Below, in pieces: positions 51,897 through 64,000 of a stretch of DNA of 64,000 nt (positions within the stretch are counted from its first letter, which is position 1; each line of letters begins with the position of its first letter). The stretch is from positions 18,972,001 through 19,036,000 of the forward strand of contig OX597816.1 of the NCBI GenBank assembly GCA_951406725.2, given 5' to 3'. Both the position numbers and the translations under genes were made by a program. Source of the stretch: Octopus vulgaris (lineage: Eukaryota). The notes beneath the pieces are model-generated. The model was given only the letters and a program-made list of their open reading frames with translations, did no database searches and was not told the DNA's origin.

Positions 51897-52760
51897 ATAT
51901 AATAAATCGCACACACACCCACGCATCAACACACAATCACACATACAACACATATACACGCACACACTTATATACATACACGATGTAATATTCAGAGTAA
52001 TGCAAAGTGACAGAAAGTTAAAAAATGCAGCAGTACTGGAGGAAATAAGGAGTGGCTCCTTGACTTCAGCAACAACGATTATCATCGACATACAAGAGAA
52101 CAGGACAAGGAATATTATGGTATTCGTTCAGACTATTAATCGTTGGTGTCTGAACACTAAAGGCAATAAACTAGACAATTTATTACGTATGTCTATGCAG
52201 GGACATTGGTGCTGAAATAAATTTTGAGAAAAGACATAAATGAAAATAATTAGTATAACTTAATATATTTTGCTTTCACAGATACTTGTACAGAAGTGGA
52301 GATTGTTCTCAATTTACAATCGAATGAAATACGTGAAATGACGCATTCGAACTGATACAATTATACTGCAGTAATATATAGCAACGGTGACATTTGTGTT
52401 TGTATTATAATATCTATACTCACGTATATTTTATATTAAGTTATATCTACTTGTATGGCCAAATGTACCGTTAGAAGGAATCATCATGTAATTTATCCAA
52501 CTCGAATTAACGGCGTTTAGCTAGTAAGTGGCCTAAGTGTGTTAGAAAAAAATGCTAGACACTTTTAATGTTTTACAATAAGGGTTTATTATAACTAGAA
52601 ATTCTGTAGCTCTATAATAGTATATTCACATCTCCTTCCCTTGAAATATAGTTCTATCTCAACCTACCTATTTATAATATGTGTGTGTAAATATATACAT
52701 ATTCACATATACATATATATTCACATATATATGTGAATATATATGAGCGTTAGCGTATAA

Positions 52761-52927
<167 letters not shown>

Positions 52928-53161
52928 AACATGCATATATGTAAGTGCGAGTGTGTGTTAAGAGAGAGTGTGCGGGTGTGGGTATCTGTGTGCGTCTGCG
53001 TGCATATATGCATCTATCTGTTTATATATACGTGCATATATATATATATGAATATGCATGTACTCTCTCACAAACCTATACACATGGACGTATCATCACT
53101 GCGTGTGTCTGTGCTTGCATGTGTATGTATCTACGTATGTGTGAATATATTTCCATATATA

Positions 53162-53220
<59 letters not shown>

Positions 53221-53496
53221 ATACTGATCAATTTGAAATACTTTTACATTAGGTATCTCTTATCGATTCGTAAACATAAATTCCAGTATAGTTACCTGTC
53301 ACTGGTTATTGAATGATTTTGTTTCATTGTGATAAATGAAGCAAAATTATGCCTGATTTTCGTCTATTTAACCGTTATGGTACCTATGGTTAATGTATTG
53401 ACTCAAAAGCACATTCATGATTGCATACAGACACAAGGATGTAAGCTCACAGGCGAGCATATTCGCAGTTATGTATACCGACACATATATATACAC

Positions 53497-53572
<76 letters not shown>

Positions 53573-54245
53573 CATATATATATATATATATATATACATC
53601 CATCTATACATATATATATATATATATATATATATCAGATATGCCTTGTCCGTAAGCCTGCGCACACCCACACAACATATATTCCTTTAAATATATATAT
53701 TTATGCATATATTTGGAATTGCGCATATATGTAGGTCTGTATATATATATATTTATATATATATGATATATGATATATCCGAAATACCACCGAAATGCGT
53801 TACACGCGTTAGTTAGTCATCATGCGTTAGTCACTAATTATGTAATCTAAAGTACAAAGGAAGTATTTCGCATTTTCGCTCAGCAAAATAGCTCATGCCT
53901 ACCCAGAATGAAACAACATCATCAATGAAATGTTTCTCTTTCACTAAGCACGCATTCTATAAAACATAGTCGCATCACAATAACCAGAAGTTACTCCATT
54001 TTCATATATCTCTCAAAAGAATTAAAATGATCTATAGAAAATTTTATGCGAAACATAACACTGTATAGATTTCCGAATATATTTAAAATCCGTTCACTAC
54101 AGAAACGGTATCGAAAACCGTCCATCGACAAAACCTAGGCTTAAAAGACCCAACAGTTAGATCCAGCGAACTTGCCAGAAACAATACTTAGCGTTCGTGA
54201 CATGTCATATATATATATACATGCATATATATATGTATATATATA

Positions 54246-54533
<288 letters not shown>

Positions 54534-54823
54534 TATATATGTATGTGTGTGTATGTAGTACAGTATGTTCTTTGTTACGTTAACAGAATTGCTTGGTAAT
54601 GGCATAAATACTTATGATTACGAATGGTCGATCGTCATTGACGTGATTCTAAAGGGCAATATTAACAGCAAGCATATAATCAACCATGATTTATTCGTTC
54701 CTTTGCACTTGTGAAAAGTACTATGCCCATTTAATTCACTGGGTGTATAAGATGAACACGGATAGAGTTCAGACTGGGCTTTTGAATACCAATGCCGAAA
54801 ATGTACAGGAAAAACGTTTTGGA

Positions 54824-55373
54824 GTCAATTCCAGTCACATCTTGGAATGAGCAGTGCCGGAAGGAGAATAACGAATAAATAGAAAAAAATGGCTGTGAAT
54901 TTGGGGTAAGAGTAACCGTTTTCGTGTTTTGGTGTGCACTACGATTGTAATAGAAGACTTTCATCGATACTTAGTACATATGATAAGAGCAAGAACATTT
55001 TATTATGGTCAATTTCAGTACCAATACAACAAGAAGGAATCGGCAGTGCCGAAATGAGAACAACGAATAAATAAGAAAAAATGGCTGTGAATTGGGTGTA
55101 AGAGTAACCGTTTTCGTGTTTTGGTGGTCGCTACGATTGTAATAGAAGACTTTCATCGATACTTAGTACATATGATAAGAGCAAGAAAAATGTATTAGTG
55201 TCAATTTCAGTCACATCTTCAACAAGTAGGAATGATCAGAGCCAGAATGAGAATAACGAATAAATAGAAAAAATAGTTGTGTTTGGGGTAAGAGAAACCG
55301 TTTTCGTGTTTTGGTGGTCGCTACGATTGTAATAGAAGACTTACTTTTATCAATACTTAGTACATATGATAAT
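54824..55373. repeat. Three diverged tandem copies of a ~185-190 bp unit
   Basis: Units start gtcaatt(c/t)cagt at 54824, 55008 and 55200 and share aaccgttttcgtgttttggtg..ctacgattgtaatagaagactt..atacttagtacatatgataa. Confidence 0.92.
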
Positions 55374-56127
55374 CAGAAGTCTGAGTAATTTATGCATCAT
55401 AGTTATGAACTAGATTGACTTCCAATCTCTCACACTTACTTATTCCGTAGCCAAGCCTAATCGATGTCAACTAACGACAACATATTTATTAAGGAATTTT
55501 ATTCAGCGATTTTCATATCAAACCGAGTTATTATCTCTCAATTTGTCTGTCAAAATTTCGTTTCTGAAGTTCGTGGTAGGGGAATTAGAAGTTCGACGCA
55601 TGGTCAGCTAAGGAAAGATTTGGGTCGTTGCCAGAGATAAGATTTGATTCTTTGAGATCAAGCGGATTATGGTATTTTACTACTTACGGAAAATAAAAAT
55701 TCCTTAGACAAATACGATTACACCGCAGGATTCTGAGTGAATTATTATTTGAAATACTGCCGGAAGTCAATGAATATTTAAGTACACGTGCATATGGTTT
55801 ATATATGAGTGTATGTATATGTAATGTATTCAAATGTTTATGCGCACATACACACACGCATACAAACACTCGCAAACATACACTCACTAGTAATTACACG
55901 TACGTATAGAAATATACTTGTATATATGCATGTATGTATGTATGTATGTATGTATGTGTGTATGTATGTATGTATGTATGTGTGTGTATGTATGTATGGA
56001 TGGATGGATGAATGGATGCATGCATAGATCCATTTGCATATGTATATATACGTACTCAGGAGCGTAGAGGCATGGCTTTGAGTATCTTTTTACTGAAATT
56101 CTGCATGTTTTTTAGTTATATTTCCAG

Positions 56128-56424
56128 TACTCTTTTTACTCTTTTACTCTTTTACTTGTTTCACTAATTTCACTGCGGCCATGCTGGAACACCGATTTTA
56201 GTCGAGCAACTCGATTCCATGACTTATTCTTTGTAAGCCTTGTACTTATTCTATCGGTCTCTTTTGGCGTCTTTCAGTTTCCATCTACCAAATCCACTCA
56301 CAAGGCTTTGGTCGGCCCGAGGCTATAGTAGAAGACACTTGCCCAAGGTGCAACGCAGTGGGACTGAACGCGGAACCATGTGGTTGGTAAGCAAGCTACT
56401 TACCACACAGCCACTTTTGTGTCT
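56128..56424 (-). mobile_element. SINE family B with central deletion
   Basis: Reverse complement of head and tail of the 2901 copy joined without the internal microsatellite. Confidence 0.9.
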
Positions 56425-56623
56425 ATTCATTGGTTGTAACTGTTTTCTGCTGATTAGAAGATTTTTTCTAATCATATATGGCCAATTTTGGGGACTGATA
56501 TAGCAAAATATTTTGACAGTGACTGTTCACAAGTAGGCTCTCATATTACAAGCACTTATGCCTTCATAATCTTTGTATCTTCCTATATTTAAATAATCAA
56601 ATATCATTATTTTATAGTGATTT

Positions 56624-56848
56624 TAAAGTGGCAAGCTGGGAGAAAGTTAGCACGCCGAGCAAAATATTTAGCAGTATTTTGTCTGTCTTTACGTTCTGAG
56701 TTCAAATTCCGCAGAGGTCGACTTTGCTTTTTCATCCTTTCGCGGTCGATAGATTAAGTACCCGTTGCGTATTTGAGACGATCTAATCGACTGTCCCCGC
56801 TACCCATTCCTCAAAATGTTGGCGACTTGTGCCTCGAATGGAAAAGAA
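56624..56848 (+). mobile_element. SINE family A with ~16 bp TSD
   Basis: TSD tattttatagtg(a/g)ttt at 56608-56623 and 56849-56864. Confidence 0.88.
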
Positions 56849-58444
56849 TATTTTATAGTGGTTTGTTATATATTTGTCGCACCATGGTCAAATTTCTATG
56901 GGGTTGAAATCCACACTTTATCTTCTACAGGGCCTGCATATATTCACTTATCTACGAGTTTACAATCATTTGCATCTGTTTAGTGCATCAAGTATTATTT
57001 TATTTCCTGTTCCTGCATTGCAAAAGCGTATCCTTTGTGAGTTAACATTCCGGCTTTTAGTTCAGTATAGACTAATTTCCTTACCGGTATTCCTGTTATG
57101 TTTATTGGGTTTAAAGTCCTGTATGACACTTTGCTTGTATGTATAAAACCCCTCTTCTCGTATGTATATATAACTTCTGATATTGGATATGTAAGTATGT
57201 ATACAATTTTACTCCTGATAATGTTACGATAGACCTTAGCAACGTTTCTGGGTCTGTATCTCTTTTATACTCACCACAATAAACATATTTCTACTTCTCT
57301 TTATACACACCGTATTATTGCCTCAAACCCCTTTAAAAAGGTCATGAAATACATCCTCGAAGTAGCATCAATTCTATAGTAACTAGATATCTACTGAGTG
57401 GTGTTTGACCTGTTATATACAACAACAATATCACCAGGCTAAGCAAAACACAGTATTATTGATTGAACACCCTCATGCTGACTAAACCAGATAAATATTC
57501 AGTTTTTGTTTTTAATTCTGTAATATTTTCTCGTATTTCTAATTGGAGAATATATTCGAAAGAATTTCTCACCAATAATTTATTAGCAATTATTGGGTAC
57601 AAAAATAAGTATGGTAACATTGAGAGAAATTGCATCATGTCATACAGCTGCTATAAATTCTCTGTTCAAATATTTGTATTTTGTTATACAATTTGTTATG
57701 TAAAACATTTGGAAATAGATGGACTATTTCAGGAATGAATATTATGAAATGTATAAAATATTAATACCGATTCCAAAATTAATTTTAGATATCACAATCT
57801 CACATTCGCATATTTACATCTATACACATGCATATTCGTGTATGTGTGTGTGTGTTTGTTTGTTTTGTGTTGTGTGTACGTGTGTGTGTGTTATGTGTGA
57901 ATGTGTGTGCATATGCTGTTGCTCATAAGCGATGTTTCGGAGATTAATATCCCTTAGGGGTGCTACAGTGAAAGCCAGTTTCTCTCCACAAAATGGAAAG
58001 TTGAATGCATGAAAATTGAAGAATAAAGCACCCTCTATCAATATGTTCCACATGTGACGCACGACCCCTTTCTATCAGTCACTCGAAGAACATTAAACCA
58101 ATGTATCTTGTAATCAGAAATACTTCCTACTGAGCAAGAGTTTGCCTGGAATGCCTACAATTATTACAAAATATTTCGCAATCAGGCACTTGAAAATAAA
58201 TATTGCTACATCATTGTAATGCATTTGGTAAGATCATACTTCTATTTGGATGAAAAACATAGAAAATGGAGTATTTTAATAAGAGAATTCCAGTTTTAAA
58301 ATGTTCGCTCCGAGAATTGCTTTCCCTCGCGTTCGTTACAATGTGTTTATTTATTATTGTAGTTTTGACTTTAAGAGTCCCTCCTAGTGTGACTCATTTA
58401 TGTATAGAAAGGCCCTTAATATCAATAGATATATTTAAGGGGAG

Positions 58445-58531
58445 TATTTGAAGTAAGGAATTGAAGGTCCGCTTGAAGGCAATATTTGGAATATTTGGAG
58501 TAAGGAAATGAAGATCCGCTTGAAGGCAATA
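58445..58531. repeat. 47 bp-period tandem duplication
   Basis: tatttg(a/g)agtaaggaa(t/a)tgaag(g/a)tccgcttgaaggcaata occurs twice. Confidence 0.85.
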
Positions 58532-59584
58532 ACACCAGTTTTCTTTTAGAGATATCATCGATTCATTACCAGTTGTTTTCACGAAAATCACAATTTTTCT
58601 GTATATGTCTGCTTGAGGCCAACCTAGTGTGTACATACAGATTACTTGCGTCCTTCCCCGAATAACGAAACCGCAATCTGGTGACGATGGGACATGTGAC
58701 GACAGGAAATCGTGCAACAGTACAGAAGTGAACCTACCTTAACACAATAACGTTGGCGTACGTAAACGCCCGATCTATTACGATAAATATTATATTCAGT
58801 CTCCCTACGACACAGTTATTTTCTTAATGTTTTAATATTTCTATTTCGCTTTACTTCCTTTGTAGTTCTTTAAAGGAATCTTATGCATTCTTTTGTTTAC
58901 TCCAGGTTAGCACTGATTATAACAATGGCCATCCCACGTTTTCCAATAATGTTCATGTAAGAATATGCTATTAAATACAAGATGCATAACTTAGGCTTAA
59001 GGGTATTTGAAAGTGATTTGCATCTCTATAAGCCACTCCAACAACGGCAAGCGGCTCTTAGTGTATCTTCTCAAGCATGAAAGTGAACACAATATGATTC
59101 GAATATCATTTGTACAAATAGACGACGCCATATTATGTTCGGTGCTTCCATTCTTCTAAATGTGTAACATTTCATTTTAGATTTGTTACATATTAAAGCA
59201 GAATGCTACTGTTTTAAGAAGCTTTAACCTATAAATCGGAAACAGACAAAGCATTTTACATCCCCAAGTCAGTAGTGTGTAGGCGTATACAAGTTAAGAT
59301 ACAATGCAACGTTGTACTGTACGTGGAATTTTGTTTTCTAAACTGATGATAAACGCGAGGGAAATTTCTTTAGGAATATTGATAAAAAATTGATAGATTC
59401 TCTCAAATTAATAATTCGTTCATATATTTGGAAATACTTATTGATTGTCTTTCAAATTTGTATAATGTTTGCAGGTAGAATATATTATATTCAGTGTAAA
59501 TCTCGCTTGATTCCCTTCGATATTATCAAAGGAATGGCGATTTTACTGATTTATTTTAGGAGTCTACAAACATCAGTGAGACAT

Positions 59585-59670
<86 letters not shown>

Positions 59671-59722
59671 CATATATATACATTTATATATTTATATATA
59701 TATATATGTATGTATATAAATG

Positions 59723-59767
<45 letters not shown>

Positions 59768-60612
59768 TTATGTATGCATCTATGTATGTATTAGCATTGA
59801 TGTAATAGCTATATTAGCAATGTAAGATAACACTGGGAATTGAGCAGTATAAATCATGCATATAAAGGGAGCAAGATAACAGGAAAAATTTACCTATTGT
59901 GTGAATAAGATGTTAATTATTCTCAGCATATTTGATATATTTGCAAAATATTTGGTGTCGTAGAAATTTATAAAAATAAAACACAATTGATATTATTCCT
60001 ATACTTTCCCAAGGAGTACAATTAGACGCTCGTTCAATAAGTCATGAATCTATGCAGAAGATATTTCTTTTCAAAGCCCACATCTTCAGGAGGTTACACA
60101 TTCCATTGTATCTCACAGGTGAAAAAAAACTATTTTCTTTTTCATAATCGATGCTCAGTTTGATGAAGATTTGTGAAAAGTGTATATAGTACTTATATAC
60201 TTATATATTTATATAGAAATATATAGCCAGATACATATGCACACATTCATGCATAAAAAATGCATGCATTCATGCATACATGTATATACATATATATATA
60301 TACATACATAAAAAATGTGCATACATACATGTAGCTCTGGCGCCTTCAAGATTGAGTGGTATCAATGATTATGGCGAGAAACGACTATGTCAGTTTGGTT
60401 GGCTCATTGACTGACGAGGAAAACTCAGATGCGAATATTCCGTGTATTGTCTTTGTATATATTTCCTGTCCGTTAAATTTTCGTTGAGTTTCCGTTCACT
60501 CTGCTTTCGTCTAACATTTTCTAATTGTTGTTTTCTGTCTACCCAACCCTTGATCCATATATGTATAGACACACAAACAGATATTCACACAGACATATAT
60601 ATTTATATATGA

Positions 60613-60658
<46 letters not shown>

Positions 60659-60665
<7 letters not shown>

Positions 60666-60885
60666 ACAAGATAAGGGCAGAAGAAAAATTCTAGTGCCAG
60701 GTACGCCGAAACAAAAAAATTGTTGATAACCATTAACTTTTTTTTTGTTTCGGCGTATCTGGCATTAGAATTTTTCTTCTGCCCTTATCTTGTAAATTAT
60801 GTATAAATTTTACCTTTAAAGGCATTTTTTGTTATGCTGGCCATTGATAAATTTTTTTTCCCGAAAAAAATGTTATCCTATATCA
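60659..60885. repeat. Foldback family E, second locus: ~60 bp arms plus one-sided tail, between (TA)n tracts
   Basis: 60659-60719 versus reverse complement of 60740-60800; tail ggccattgataaa..cgaaaaaaatgttatcct matches ~27219-27274. Confidence 0.88.
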
Positions 60886-61821
60886 ATTATATATATATAT
60901 ATATAAACGCGCGTAGCCTATCTAATGTATATTATGCAGAATAGTTATTTTAGATAATGAGTCTTAAATATCCCTTTCATAGATAGTGTCGTTCAAAGTT
61001 GATTGACGGTGGTTCTGTCTCTTAAACATATCTATCTCCCTCTCTCTCTATCTATCTATCTCTCTCACTCGCTCTCTCTCTCTCTATGTATCTATCTCTC
61101 TCTCTCTCTCGCTCTCTCTCTCTCTCTATCTCTATATCTCTCTCTCTCACTCTCTCTCTCTCTCTCTCTCTACATATATATATATATATATATGGCTGTA
61201 AGTATGTATAAATATATAAGCCATCGTCCATCGACGTCTCAAGCCAGCTATGATGGCTCTAAATTAAATTTGAAATTCCCTTCATTTTGTTAGGCATTTG
61301 ATGCTTTTAACTAAATTGCTGTTGTCACTTATTAATATGTTCTATATCAGAATGATTCTATACCCATATACATGAATTAAGCGTAAAGTAGGAAATATAT
61401 GACTGGTGCAATGTGATAGTGTGACATGATTTAATTTACATAAAATGAATAAAACTAATACAACCGCTTTGCATTGAACATTTACTTGCTATAGTAAACC
61501 ATCCACAAAGATATATAATAATATATTGCGCATAAAATTTGCTTACTAATTAGCGTATAGAATACCAAAATAAAGGATAAACATATTTCAACTACAATTG
61601 AATAATGAATATTCCAATGATATTAAAATAGATGCAATGGTTACAATTTATAGCGCTTGCTTAAGGTGAATGATCTGAGATTCTCATGTAACATATTATG
61701 ATATAGATTAAAATAACGTATACTCTGTGCTATTTTCTGAAATTTTATTTGCAACTACGTCGAAAATACTGTCATTGATATTTCTTAGGTTGTCGCACTT
61801 TCAGATATATGCATGTATACA

Positions 61822-61890
<69 letters not shown>

Positions 61891-61969
61891 ATCTATCTAT
61901 CTATATATATATATATATATATTATATCTATCTATCTATCTATCTGTCGATCTATGTACCTATCTATCC

Positions 61970-62012
<43 letters not shown>

Positions 62013-62204
62013 AAATATGTACAAAAACATGTGTATATACATATATGTATATATATATATGTATATATATAAATGTGTATATATATATATCTATATACAT
62101 ATAAATATATATATGTATATATATGTTTTTGTACATATTTTGTATATATATATATATGTATGTATGTGTATATATATATATATATGTATATATATGTATG
62201 TATG

Positions 62205-62246
<42 letters not shown>

Positions 62247-62249
62247 ATA

Positions 62250-62299
<50 letters not shown>

Positions 62300-62918
62300 C
62301 GTATTCTGTCAAATCGCAAAATTTATGACATATGGACGTTTACATTTTTATATTTTGCTTCAGGGAAAGCAGCTGCATCATCTAAAATAGCAAATTGCTT
62401 TGATTCTTTCTATGAGTTTCAACTTCAATAAAAAAAAATACATCAATGATGGCAATGATATTTAATCAACAGCCATTGAAATTCCATTATCTGCTACGTT
62501 TGCTAAACGCTTCTAGTATATAAATTGCAATCTTATATAAAGCTATGGAAGCAGTAATATGACCAATACAAAATATTAAATATATATAACAAAATTATTT
62601 CAGTAATATCTTGTGTATAGATGCATGACTTATTGGGCGAACGTACAATCAAACATAGTGTACACACACATAAACACACACACACACACTCACACACATA
62701 AACACACACACACACACACATAAACACACACACACACAAATGCACAATCGCAGGCACAAACACACATATAATAGCGCAGTGGAGTCGGACCTTTTGCATG
62801 AGTGTTAACCATTAGGGAAGTACAGAGTAACAGGAGACTGACACGACCCAAATATAGTGACATTGATGTGTGCCATGGTATTCAGTTCACTTCTATCGAT
62901 ACGTAATACAAAACATGC

Positions 62919-62962
<44 letters not shown>

Positions 62963-63038
62963 GTATTTACATATATGTAATATATGCAATATAATGTATG
63001 TAATATAATTTTCCTGAATCTTCGGATTTTATTTAAAA

Positions 63039-63434
63039 CTAGCAGTATCGCCCGGCGTTGCTCGGGTTTGTAAGGGAAATAACTATATAGGCATTTTTAG
63101 AGAGTTATAGCCAAAAAATAGCAAAAAAATGCATAAAAAATTGAAAAAATATTAAGGTAAATTTTTTTTTTAAATCGTTGACACATCGTAGATATTTTTA
63201 GAGAGTTACTTCCCTTATATAAAAGCGAAAAAAATGCATTAAAATGGAAAAATATGATGGTAAATTTTTGTAAATCGTAGACTCATCGTAGACGCACGCT
63301 AATACCCAGAAGGGCTAGATATGAATCACGACTATAAGATACCCGCTTTTGGTTAAACTGCACCGCGAAATGTGGGAGTAGTTAGGAATCTAAATCGTAG
63401 GAGACAGACACACAACTTCACTCTTATATAAAGA
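63039..63434 (-). mobile_element. Non-autonomous Helitron family Hel-2
   Basis: Minus strand a|TCtttatataagagtgaagttgtgtgtctgt...cccgagcaacgccgggcgatactgCTAG|t; same 3' end as Hel-1, different interior. Confidence 0.85.
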
Positions 63435-64000
63435 TGCTTTTTTTTTTTCAGTCATAGAGTTAGATTTATGAAGGTCTTCAGTAGAAAATCCTTCGAATTC
63501 TGACTCGCTGCTTGATATAATGAAATTCGTATCCATTTTTTGTCAGAATTACAAATTTTGAAAACACAATAGGAACAAATTTCGGAAAAAAATCTCCCAT
63601 AATTCACGGAATTAAAATTACATTCGATTTTTGTACAAAACTGTAGTTGAAGTGTTTACGAAGTATAATACGTGTTTTCACGAATGTACTAAAGAGATTT
63701 GCTCTGATATTCTCATTTAAATATGAATAGGTAAATTCGGGCGGCTTGGTAACTATATATAAGTGTCGTCTGTTTATACATAAACACTGTTTCATACTGC
63801 AATTATATATACATATATCTATATATAATATTATATAATAAAATATATACAGAGTAAAATAAAAACCAATTTACCTTTTCTGTCCGTCCGTGTGTCTTTG
63901 CAAATGTGTTGGAATGATAAGTGAGTTGTGTTTTGGCGCCTTTTTTACTAATAACAAACACACACGTGTTTGTATGTAGTTGTATGTGTATGTAGTTGTA

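Noticed and set aside
52000-52215. 71 aa plus-strand [11 protein letters not shown]...
   Set aside because: No homology recognised and no convincing splice context; length is within chance expectation
54824-55373. CRISPR-like reading of the triple repeat
   Set aside because: No unique spacers, units far too long, eukaryotic context, no cas genes
58560-58680. Possible Tc1-like N-terminal HTH remnant (RTQVICMYTLGWPQADIYRK) on the minus strand
   Set aside because: Too short and degenerate; no TIRs or catalytic domain found
60405-60445. ctgacgaggaaaactcagatgcgaat as a hammerhead
   Set aside because: CTGACGA is present but there is no closing GAAA after a proper stem II

Overview
AT-rich, microsatellite-saturated eukaryotic intronic/intergenic DNA. 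The SINE and repeat families look like those of an Octopus genome (inference from recalled family consensus sequences, not a database result). No intact protein-coding gene is visible: almost all ORFs in the track are (TA)n/(CA)n/(CAT)n artefacts. The real coding remnants are decayed transposons: three mariner copies, two R4/Dong-type LINE pieces, an L1/Tx1 RT piece, a CR1-type piece and two Penelope-like element (PLE) pieces. Also present are three tRNA-derived SINE families (about 15 copies, several with 16-20 bp TSDs), four non-autonomous Helitrons, a pogo/Tigger-like MITE and several tandem duplications. Two weak minus-strand host exon candidates lie at 38833-38893 and 28980-29212. The most interesting signals are (i) a ~200 bp PLE-linked unit present four times that carries a minimal hammerhead ribozyme with a shared non-canonical core CUGUNGA, alongside other hammerhead variants, (ii) at least seven long DNA hairpins mostly sitting in or next to (TA)n tracts, (iii) a PLE 3' end containing a tRNA-like module, and (iv) a mariner/mariner/retroposon nest.
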